Source: Tepidiformaceae bacterium
GTDB taxonomy: Bacteria; Chloroflexota; Dehalococcoidia; Tepidiformales; Tepidiformaceae
Assembly: GCA_965207815.1 (NCBI GenBank)
Contig: OZ242314.1
Span: forward strand, 591,234 to 655,233
Direction: 5' to 3'
Length of the DNA: 64,000 nt
The position numbers were made by a program, and so were the translations under genes. The notes under the pieces are model-generated. The model was not told the DNA's origin and did not search any database. It worked only from the letters and a program-made list of their open reading frames with translations. Position 1 is the first letter of the stretch, and each line of letters opens with the position of its first letter. Shown piece by piece: positions 44,015 through 51,819 of this stretch.

Positions 44015-44227
44015 ATGAATAGGCAGCAAGTGGCTTCCTCGAATGTAGGGGCGATCGGATACGACGCACAAAGCCAGACTCTTGAAGTCGAGTTCCTAAG
44101 TGGTTGGGTCTATCAGTACTACGGAGTTCCCGTCCATATATATGAGGAATTTTTACAAGCATCTTCAAAGGGAAGGTTCCTCAACCAATACATCAAGGAC
44201 TCTTATCCGTATTCTAGAGTGGAGTGA
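44015..44227 (+). CDS. KTSC domain protein (70 aa)
   Basis: SSNVGAIGYDAQSQTLEVEFLSGWVYQYYGVPVHIYEEFLQASSKGRFLNQYIK is the KTSC pattern. The gene starts 11 nt after the herA stop. Confidence 0.75.
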   Translation: MNRQQVASSNVGAIGYDAQSQTLEVEFLSGWVYQYYGVPVHIYEEFLQASSKGRFLNQYIKDSYPYSRVE

Positions 44228-44281
44228 GGAAATCCTTAGCACAACACGTCGGGAGGCGTCTCAACTCCACGACAGCCCCTG

Positions 44282-47200
44282 TCAGTTTCCCTCTGCACCG
44301 CCAGCCTCGACCGCCTGGAAGATTTCCCGAGCGAGGACGGCGAAGGCAATCTCCTGAAACTCGGGGTCGCTCAGATAGCGGGTGACGAGGGCGTCGTTCT
44401 TGCCCGTACGCTCGATCATTAGCTTGCCGATGCGGTCGCGAATGCCGAGGCTGAACTTGTCGAACGGGTTGGCGACGGCGATCTGGCGCACGTCTTCGTC
44501 GCGGAGGGCGCGCTCCTTGACCTGCTCGAAAAAGAGGCGGTCCTCGTCCGTGAAGTTGGTGCCGAACCGCTCGTTGAGCTGCTCGATGATCTCCGAGAGC
44601 GGCGCCTTCTCCTCCCCCGGCTTGCCCGTGCCCACGGCGGTCGGGCTCACCACGTAGGCCTCCCGCTCTTCCTCGAAGGCGACGGTACCGGACGAGACAC
44701 GCTCCAGGCGGTAGTACTCGAGGCTCACGTCGTCCCCCAGGTCGATAGGACCCTCACGGGCCGGCTGGAGGGAGGGGAGGAGGAGTCGCCCAAACGATGC
44801 GAGCCGCTCCTGTTCGCTGTCGCCGTACGGGATGATCTGGCTGAGGAAGGAGTAGAGGTTCACGAACGCGCTGAGCCGGTCGCGGAAGGCGTTCTGTTCG
44901 TCCTCGTCGAGACTCTGGAAGCGGTCCCGAGCAGGCTGGAGGCACTCCTCGATTCGCGCGTGGTCGCCGGGTTGCTGCCGCGCAACGGGCAGGTAGAAAA
45001 CCTTCGCGAACGCCTCCACCTCGCTCGCGTAGTAGACCTGCATACCGTCGAGCTCGTGCTTCAGCTGCTCAAGCTGGTGCGGGTCCGAGGCTTCCAGCAG
45101 CTGCGTGCGGTCGTAGTAGGGGGCGAAGGCGTCCCGGATGTCCCTGGGATCGTTCACGAAGTCGAGGACGAAGGGAGCCTCCTTGCCGGGCGAGACTCGG
45201 TTGAGGCGCGAGAGCGTCTGTACCGCCTGAACGCCGTCGAGCCGCTTGTCGACGTACATGGCCTGCAGCAGCGGCTGATCGAAGCCCGTCTGGTACTTCT
45301 CCGCGACGAGCAGGATCTGGTAGTCGGGCGACGCGAAGCGAGCCGGCAGCCTAGCTTCGCCTATCGGTTTGCCCGTCACGACGTCGATGTTCATGGCGGG
45401 CTCGGTGAACTCCTCGCCGGTGTCGGGATCGGTGACCGTCCCGCTGAAGGCCACGAGCGGGCGGATGTCGTCGTAGGCGCGCTCAGCGATGTAGCCCTGG
45501 AAGGCCTGCATGTACCGGACGGCGTGGAGCCTCGACCCCGTGACCACCATCGCCTTCGCCCTGCCACCGATGCGATGGCGGACACTATCGCGGAAGTGCT
45601 CGACGATGACCTCGGTCTTTTGGGAGATGTTGTGGGGGTGAAGGGTCATGAACTTGGCCAGCGCGACGGCCGTCCGGCGCTTGGGCACGTCCGGATCGTC
45701 CGCGGCCTGCTTCGCGATGCGGTAGTAGGTGTTGTAGTCGGTGTAGTTCTGGAGCACGTCGAGGATGAAGCCCTCCTCGATCGCCTGGCGCATGCTGTAG
45801 ACGTGGAAGGGCTCCGGCTTGCCGCTGGGACCGGGGCGGCCGAACAGCTCGACGGTCTTGCCCTTGGGCGTCGCCGTGAACGCGAAGAACGAGAGGTTGG
45901 GCTGGGGGGCGCGTGACTCGACCATCGCGGTGAGGCCGTCCTGCCAGTCCTCTGGTTCCTCGTCTGTCTGGTTGCGCGACCCGAGAATGGCCTTCATCCC
46001 CCGCGCGGTCTCGCCGGTCTGACTGGAGTGCGCCTCGTCGACAATGACGGCGTAGCGGCGGCTCGCGATCTCCCGCCGCCACTGACCCGCCTGCTCCTGC
46101 TCCGCCTCCGAAGGATCCTCGGACGGAGCCGCGCCGGCGATGGTCAGGAGCCCTTTCAGGACGAAGGGGAACTTCTGCAGCGTCGTGATAACGATCTTCG
46201 TGCCATCGACGAGCGCCTGGGCGAGCTGCCGGGAGTCCTGGTCGATGGCCTTCACGACGCCCTGGGCGTGCTCGATCTGGTAGATGGCGTCCTGCAACTG
46301 CTGGTCGAGGACGCGTCGGTCGGTGATGACGACGACACAGTCGTAGACCTTCTCGTCGGCGGCGTTGTGCAGGCTTGAGAGCCGGTGGGAGAGCCAGGAG
46401 ATGCTGTTCGTCTTGCCGCTGCCGGCGGAGTGCTGGATGAGGTAGTTGCGGCCGGGACCGTCCGCCTTGACGGTGGCCACGAGCTTGCTGACCGAGTCGA
46501 GCTGGTGGTAGCGAGGGAAGATGACGATCTCGCGTTTCTCGGTGCGCGGGCCCTTCTCGTCCTCGGCCTTCTCCTCACGAGTCTCGAGGAACACGTAGGA
46601 GCCGAGGATGTCGAGGAAGCGTTCCTTCTCGAGCACGTCCTGCCAGAAGTAGCCGGTGCGGTAGCCGGATGGGTGCTGCGGGTTGCCGGCTCCGCAGCGG
46701 ACGGCGCCCGGGTCACTGCCGCGGTTGAAGGGCAGGAAGCGTGTGGCCTCGCCGGCGAGCCGCGTGGTCATGTGGACCTGTTCCGGGTCGGCAGCGAAGT
46801 GGACAAGGGCTCGCTTCTGGAACCGGAAGAGGGGCGCGTTCGGGTCTCGGTCCTGCTGGTACTGGCGGACCGCGCTGCGCCACGTCTGGCCGGTCATCGG
46901 GTTCTTCAGCTCGCAGGTGGCGACGGGCACGCCGTTGAGCGCGAAGAGGAGGTCGACTTCATCGCCCTTCCCCGGGTGGCAGCGCGCCTGGCGCGTGACC
47001 GTCAGATCGTTGCGCTCGAAGCGAGTCAGGGCGTCCGGGTTGAGGCCGGACGCAGGCTTGAAGTAGGCAAGCCGGAAGGTCTTGCCGGAGAAACGGAAGC
47101 CGTGGCGGAGGACGTGCAGGGAGCCTTTGAGATCGAGCTCCCTGTTCAGCGTCTCGGTGATGGCAGAGTCCAGGTTGTCCCCGTGGAGCGCGACCATGTC

Positions 47201-47365
47201 AGCCCAGAGTTCCGGCTGGGTGTCCCGGATAAACGCGAGGGCGTCGGCGGAGAACAGCGCCCGGTCGACATCCCAGTCTTCACGGTCGCCCTGCCGCCAG
47301 CCGCCGTCGAGCAGCATCGACTCGACGGTGGACTCGAACGCGAACTCGTTCGTCTGGCTACTCAT
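44282..47365 (-). CDS. hsdR: Type I restriction enzyme, R subunit
   Basis: HSAGSGKTNSISW (Walker A), DEAHSSQTG (DEAH box), helicase C motifs and a C-terminal DUF3387-like tail. The ATG at 47365 forms an ATGA overlap with the upstream DUF4411 stop. Confidence 0.95.
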   Translation of the reverse strand: MSSQTNEFAFESTVESMLLDGGWRQGDREDWDVDRALFSADALAFIRDTQPELWADMVALHGDNLDSAITETLNRELDLKGSLHVLRHGFRFSGKTFRLAYFKPASGLNPDALTRFERNDLTVTRQARCHPGKGDEVDLLFALNGVPVATCELKNPMTGQTWRSAVRQYQQDRDPNAPLFRFQKRALVHFAADPEQVHMTTRLAGEATRFLPFNRGSDPGAVRCGAGNPQHPSGYRTGYFWQDVLEKERFLDILGSYVFLETREEKAEDEKGPRTEKREIVIFPRYHQLDSVSKLVATVKADGPGRNYLIQHSAGSGKTNSISWLSHRLSSLHNAADEKVYDCVVVITDRRVLDQQLQDAIYQIEHAQGVVKAIDQDSRQLAQALVDGTKIVITTLQKFPFVLKGLLTIAGAAPSEDPSEAEQEQAGQWRREIASRRYAVIVDEAHSSQTGETARGMKAILGSRNQTDEEPEDWQDGLTAMVESRAPQPNLSFFAFTATPKGKTVELFGRPGPSGKPEPFHVYSMRQAIEEGFILDVLQNYTDYNTYYRIAKQAADDPDVPKRRTAVALAKFMTLHPHNISQKTEVIVEHFRDSVRHRIGGRAKAMVVTGSRLHAVRYMQAFQGYIAERAYDDIRPLVAFSGTVTDPDTGEEFTEPAMNIDVVTGKPIGEARLPARFASPDYQILLVAEKYQTGFDQPLLQAMYVDKRLDGVQAVQTLSRLNRVSPGKEAPFVLDFVNDPRDIRDAFAPYYDRTQLLEASDPHQLEQLKHELDGMQVYYASEVEAFAKVFYLPVARQQPGDHARIEECLQPARDRFQSLDEDEQNAFRDRLSAFVNLYSFLSQIIPYGDSEQERLASFGRLLLPSLQPAREGPIDLGDDVSLEYYRLERVSSGTVAFEEEREAYVVSPTAVGTGKPGEEKAPLSEIIEQLNERFGTNFTDEDRLFFEQVKERALRDEDVRQIAVANPFDKFSLGIRDRIGKLMIERTGKNDALVTRYLSDPEFQEIAFAVLAREIFQAVEAGGAEGN

Positions 47366-47862
47366 GAACCAGGTGACGGGCCGAGCACAAATCGGGCTTG
47401 CTCGTTCCTCAACATTTCGTACGGCGTGACGCACTTGAGGCCAAGCCCAATGCACGCATCGGGAATCTTGATCTTGCGAGTGGACCCTGACGCGCGCTCG
47501 TGCGTGACAACAACATGCTGACCGGCATATGCCTGCCCGACGAGATAGTAGTCCGCCACTTGAAAGAAGGTGCTTATGGCACCGGGCTCATAGTTCTGGC
47601 TGGTGGCCCACGTGCTCACTGCACTGAGTGCAGGAAGGAGGGTCGCGTCCGGCGGTACAAAGAAGTCACCGCCTTGGGCCGCAGCCCAAGTAGCTAGGTC
47701 ATCCTTACCGGCCTCCAATTCATCGCCGACCCTCTCGATGCTGTACACCACGCCTGCCTCGTTCTGCTCGATCAGCCAGTCCCAGAAGGCCGGGCAGAAG
47801 TCGAAGCCGTAGTGCAGATTCTTTGCGCTGATGAACACGTTGGCGTCGAGAAGATAGGCCAT
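47362..47862 (-). CDS. DUF4411 (PIN-like nuclease fold) protein
   Basis: MAYLLDANVFISAKNLHYGFDFCPAFWDWL... is the DUF4411 N-terminal signature. Its start codon directly abuts the stop of the upstream ImmA-like gene. Confidence 0.8.
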   Translation of the reverse strand: MAYLLDANVFISAKNLHYGFDFCPAFWDWLIEQNEAGVVYSIERVGDELEAGKDDLATWAAAQGGDFFVPPDATLLPALSAVSTWATSQNYEPGAISTFFQVADYYLVGQAYAGQHVVVTHERASGSTRKIKIPDACIGLGLKCVTPYEMLRNEQARFVLGPSPGS

Positions 47863-49008
47863 CTACGCGCCCATCCCCAGCGACTCTGCGAGGCGTTCGA
47901 ACGAGGACTGCTTCCTGACTCCGAGGAGACGATACGCCTCCGTATAGGACGTTCTGCCCTCTAGCGCGCTCGCGATAAGGGCACGTGTAAGGCGCTTGCC
48001 GGCACGCGCACTGACATTCCTGACGGCATCTCCACCGGATCTGGGGGGCAATGCTTCGAGACGCGCCAGCTCTTCGCGATATGCAGCACGGAATTCCGCC
48101 CAGCCAAGCGCTCCCACATCGTGAAGGCGACGGATCGCGACCAGCCTGCTTACCTTGCAGCGACGGGCCAGCCCTTGAACCTCCTCGCTCAAATCTCCGG
48201 TGGGGTCGAACTCTGCACGTACCAGTTCAGCCGGGGCGAGCAACTCAGCCGCAACCTGGTTGCACCAGAGCTCAACCCTGTGGTCGGGGTCACTCTCGGC
48301 GGGGGCGTTCGAGACCCCCGATTCGCCGAGCCAGACATGGCAGAGCTCGTGGGCAAGGGTGTACATCTGCGCGGCCTTCGTGTCAGCCCCGTTAATGAAG
48401 ACCAGCGGCGCAACCGGGTCGGCCAGAGTGAACCCGCGGAACTCTGAGGGGTCGAGTTGGCGGTGAGTATTGCTGCCCACGATGCCGCTCACCATCACCA
48501 GGACGCCCAACCCATCGGTCTGCGCAATGAATTGGCGCAGCGCCTCAGACCATGTCGACAACTGTCTCCGGTGCTCCACATCGAATCCCAAAGCTTGGCC
48601 CAACTCCCCGGCCACGACAGGTGGATCGGCGCCTGTGTCGACGCTGCCGACGAACTCGAGCGGTGGCTCGCCGGCGATGCGCGCTTCTTCGCGGTACCAC
48701 TCTTGGCGCTGTTGGCACAGGTAGATCGTGTCGAGCAAGTCGGGAGAGGGACGGCTGATGGGCACGTCGCCGACCGTACGGAAGTCAGGGAGGGGAAGCT
48801 CTTCCGTCGGCGGCTCCGTCAGGAACAGGAAGCCAATCGGCGTGTGGGTAGCCTTCGCAAAGTCCTCAAGCTGTCGGAACGTGGGCAGCAGCGAGCCACG
48901 CTCCCACTCGTCCAGCCGCGGAAACCGGCGCTGGAGGTCATCCGTACTCTTGCCGGACCTCTCCCGGGCCCAGCGGAGCAGGTTGGGCTCGATGCCAACC
49001 CGGTTCAT
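47863..49008 (-). CDS. XRE-type HTH plus ImmA/IrrE (COG2856) zinc metallopeptidase
   Basis: N-terminal HTH-like LLRWARERSGKSTDDLQRRF and the HExxH motif AHELCHVWLGESG. It overlaps hsdS by 4 nt. Confidence 0.85.
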   Translation of the reverse strand: MNRVGIEPNLLRWARERSGKSTDDLQRRFPRLDEWERGSLLPTFRQLEDFAKATHTPIGFLFLTEPPTEELPLPDFRTVGDVPISRPSPDLLDTIYLCQQRQEWYREEARIAGEPPLEFVGSVDTGADPPVVAGELGQALGFDVEHRRQLSTWSEALRQFIAQTDGLGVLVMVSGIVGSNTHRQLDPSEFRGFTLADPVAPLVFINGADTKAAQMYTLAHELCHVWLGESGVSNAPAESDPDHRVELWCNQVAAELLAPAELVRAEFDPTGDLSEEVQGLARRCKVSRLVAIRRLHDVGALGWAEFRAAYREELARLEALPPRSGGDAVRNVSARAGKRLTRALIASALEGRTSYTEAYRLLGVRKQSSFERLAESLGMGA

Positions 49009-50414
49009 GTTGGCGATTCTCGCACATCGACCTTACCGGTGACGGCGGCGGTGATGAGAGCGGTCCTGTATTCCTGCAGCCGCTCGATGGCCGACTCAGC
49101 CCCTCCCCCCATCTCGTCGAGTGCCGCCGTCTGGCCATCAAGGAAGATTCCGATCGCTCGCTGCTCTGCGAGGGGTGGAACGGGAACGACGGTCTCCCCC
49201 ACAGCCGAGTTGGGAAGCCCATACCGCGTGACCCCCGAAGCGGAAGTCTGAAGCTGTTGGTTCACCGCCACGGACTGCATCACGCGGAATAAGAACGCTG
49301 GCTCCAGCGATGAACTGGGGCTGATGATGCCGAGGTGATAGCCGCAAACGAAGTCGTCAGCGGTCTCTTCGATCAGTGCTGGGACAGCGATGTCGCGCCA
49401 GTCTTCGGAGTCCTTGGTGATCAAGACATCGCCCACGCGCAACCGGAAACGTGCGATCTCGCGCGGCGAGGCAGTGGCCTTCATGAAGTCACCGTCGCCA
49501 GCGCGGATCCGGTCCTGGTAGTACACGTCGGTGTAGTTGCACAGCCTGACTGCGACTTCACCCTCCTCGGCCTTCTTGTCCACGCTGCTGGCCCGGTACG
49601 ACGCGACGTGCTCCAGCCGCCTGACCTCCCAGTGCTCCGCCACATCGCCGAGCCACTCGACGCCCGAGGGCTTGAGGCGGGGCGAGGGGTCGAGGCCGGC
49701 GGCACGGGCGGCGTCGGCCGGGATGCCGCCCGTCACGGAGCGGGTGATGAGCGCTGTCCGGTACTCCTGCAGACGCTCGACGAGCTGCCGCTTCTTCGCC
49801 ACGAGCGCGTCGATGCGCTCCGTCTCTCGGTCGAGGAAGGCAGCGATCGCGCGCTGCTCGTCGAGAGGAGGGAGGGGGAGGACAGCGTTGCCCACTGCCG
49901 AGTTTGGCAGCCCATACCGCGTGACTCCCGAGGCGGAGGTCTGAAGCTGCTGATTTACGGAGCCGGACTGCATCAGCCGGAAAAGGAAGCCGGAATCCAG
50001 TTCCTCGCGAGCCCTGATGATCCCGAGGTGATACCCGCACACGAAGTCGGGAGCAGTCTCTTCGATGAGGGCCGGCACCCCGATGTCCCGCCAGTCTTCC
50101 GAGTCCTTCGTGATCAAGACATCGCCCACCCGCAACCGAAAACGTGCCATCTCGCGCGGCGAGGCAGTGGCCTCCATGAAGTTACCGGCGCTAGCGCGGA
50201 TCCGGTCCTGGTAGTACACGTCGGTGTAGTTGCACAGCCTGACTGCGACCTCACCCTCCTCGGCCTTCTTGTCCACGCTGCTGGTCCGGTAAGACGCAAC
50301 GTGCTCCAGCCGCCTCACATCCCAGTGCTTCGGCACGTCGCCGAGCCACTCAACACCGGAGGGGCGGTAGGCAGGGTAGGGGTGCTGGGGGCTCATGTGA
50401 GTCTCGCTAGCCAA
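49005..50414 (-). CDS. hsdS: Type I restriction enzyme, S subunit, with two near-identical target recognition domains
   Basis: It has two Methylase_S modules. Residues 18-228 and 249-459 align collinearly at roughly 85% identity by eye. Conserved spacers include LPPLDEQRAIAAFLD and ERLQEYRTALIT. Confidence 0.9.
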   Translation of the reverse strand: MASETHMSPQHPYPAYRPSGVEWLGDVPKHWDVRRLEHVASYRTSSVDKKAEEGEVAVRLCNYTDVYYQDRIRASAGNFMEATASPREMARFRLRVGDVLITKDSEDWRDIGVPALIEETAPDFVCGYHLGIIRAREELDSGFLFRLMQSGSVNQQLQTSASGVTRYGLPNSAVGNAVLPLPPLDEQRAIAAFLDRETERIDALVAKKRQLVERLQEYRTALITRSVTGGIPADAARAAGLDPSPRLKPSGVEWLGDVAEHWEVRRLEHVASYRASSVDKKAEEGEVAVRLCNYTDVYYQDRIRAGDGDFMKATASPREIARFRLRVGDVLITKDSEDWRDIAVPALIEETADDFVCGYHLGIISPSSSLEPAFLFRVMQSVAVNQQLQTSASGVTRYGLPNSAVGETVVPVPPLAEQRAIGIFLDGQTAALDEMGGGAESAIERLQEYRTALITAAVTGKVDVRESPT

Positions 50415-51816
50415 GGTCGATCAGTGGGGCCAGCGCGTCACGGTCTAGGCCGAACCGGGTGGGCTGGCTCATACACTCGTCCACTACCTTGAGGATTCTC
50501 TCCAGGCGCTCACTATCACCACCGCCCAAACGCTGATGCTCTTGGGACAGGTACTCTGGGTGATCCGGTGCGGAATGATCCACCAGACGCAGGAGCTGCG
50601 ACCTGACCTGGAATGCATCGTCCGCACAGTAGATGGCGGCCGCTATCCGGTCGAGACCCTCGTCGTCGTACATCAAGTGGTGGCTAAAGCGGCGCCGATT
50701 CGCACGAGTGAGATCGTTGAAGTAGTCGACGACTTGGGCCCCACGAGCACTGCCCTCCATGTACCGGCGGTACAGCCCGGGATTGGCAACCTTCAACGCA
50801 ACGAGCCCGGCGAAGAGATATTGATCGACCAGCGCACGCCCACGGTCACTCGCCACGGCCAGGGACACCACCCGAACGCAGTAGTCCATGTCGCGCAGCG
50901 AGAGGCCCATGTTTCCGACCAGTAAGGGCAAGGCACTGACTAGCAGGTCAACCTCGACCTGAACCCCGCTCTCCTTAGGAGCGCGCCTCCGGTAAAGAAC
51001 CCGGTGGAGTTCGTACCGCTCCATCAGGAATTTGCAGAACTCAACGGGGTCCGGTTCCGGCAGCGTGAAATTCATGTCGAAGAAGCGCCGCAGGTAGGCT
51101 CCCGCGTCGATCTCGCCGTAGACCGACTGAAGCGACTTCACGAGCTCGCTTCGGTTGATGCCGAAGACGAACACGATGCTGTCCACGTCGAAGATGTGCT
51201 TGACGCGCTCCAAGAGCTTGATCGCGAAGGTCGGGCGGCACCGGTCAAGCTCGTCGATGATGAAGATGAGGGGCTGGCCGGTCTCCTCGTGCACTGCGCT
51301 GGCGAGTTTGGATAGCTGATCCTTCACCGTCGTCTTCGTCTCTTGCTGCGCTCGATAGTCGTCCAGCAGGCCTTCGGCAGTCAGGTCATCTAGGTGGATG
51401 GCCGTCCCGGCGATGTGCTTCGTGATAATTCCCAACGCAGCGTTGGCGACAGCGAGCGCCGCCTTCTTGAGCGTGCCGTCGTCGAAGTAGTCGGAGAGTT
51501 GCCCGATGATCGCCAGCAGCGGGTCATCGGAGAAGTCGTCCGCCCACGCATTGAAGTAGATGGCCTGCCAGCCCTGGTTCTCAAGGTCCTGCTGCCAACG
51601 CTTCAACAGGAAGGTCTTCCCGGTCCCCCAGCCACCGTCGACGCTAATGACGAAAGGCGCCTGCTGACCCTCGACCACTTTGGTCAGGCGGTCGGCGACT
51701 TCCCTGCGCCGAAGCACATCGTCGTCCCATGGGGCGTCCGCGTTGATATCGGGGTCGACGACCTTGAGGGGCGGCGCGTCGGGGCGCGCCTCGGTGGACT
51801 CAGGCTCCTGGGTCAT
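50407..51816 (-). CDS. KAP family P-loop NTPase
   Basis: VISVDGGWGTGKTFLLKRW (Walker A) and IFIIDELDRCRP (Walker B, the KAP hallmark DELDRC). The gene is embedded between hsdM and hsdS and overlaps hsdS by 8 nt. Confidence 0.85.
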   Translation of the reverse strand: MTQEPESTEARPDAPPLKVVDPDINADAPWDDDVLRRREVADRLTKVVEGQQAPFVISVDGGWGTGKTFLLKRWQQDLENQGWQAIYFNAWADDFSDDPLLAIIGQLSDYFDDGTLKKAALAVANAALGIITKHIAGTAIHLDDLTAEGLLDDYRAQQETKTTVKDQLSKLASAVHEETGQPLIFIIDELDRCRPTFAIKLLERVKHIFDVDSIVFVFGINRSELVKSLQSVYGEIDAGAYLRRFFDMNFTLPEPDPVEFCKFLMERYELHRVLYRRRAPKESGVQVEVDLLVSALPLLVGNMGLSLRDMDYCVRVVSLAVASDRGRALVDQYLFAGLVALKVANPGLYRRYMEGSARGAQVVDYFNDLTRANRRRFSHHLMYDDEGLDRIAAAIYCADDAFQVRSQLLRLVDHSAPDHPEYLSQEHQRLGGGDSERLERILKVVDECMSQPTRFGLDRDALAPLIDLG

Positions 51817-51819
51817 GCG

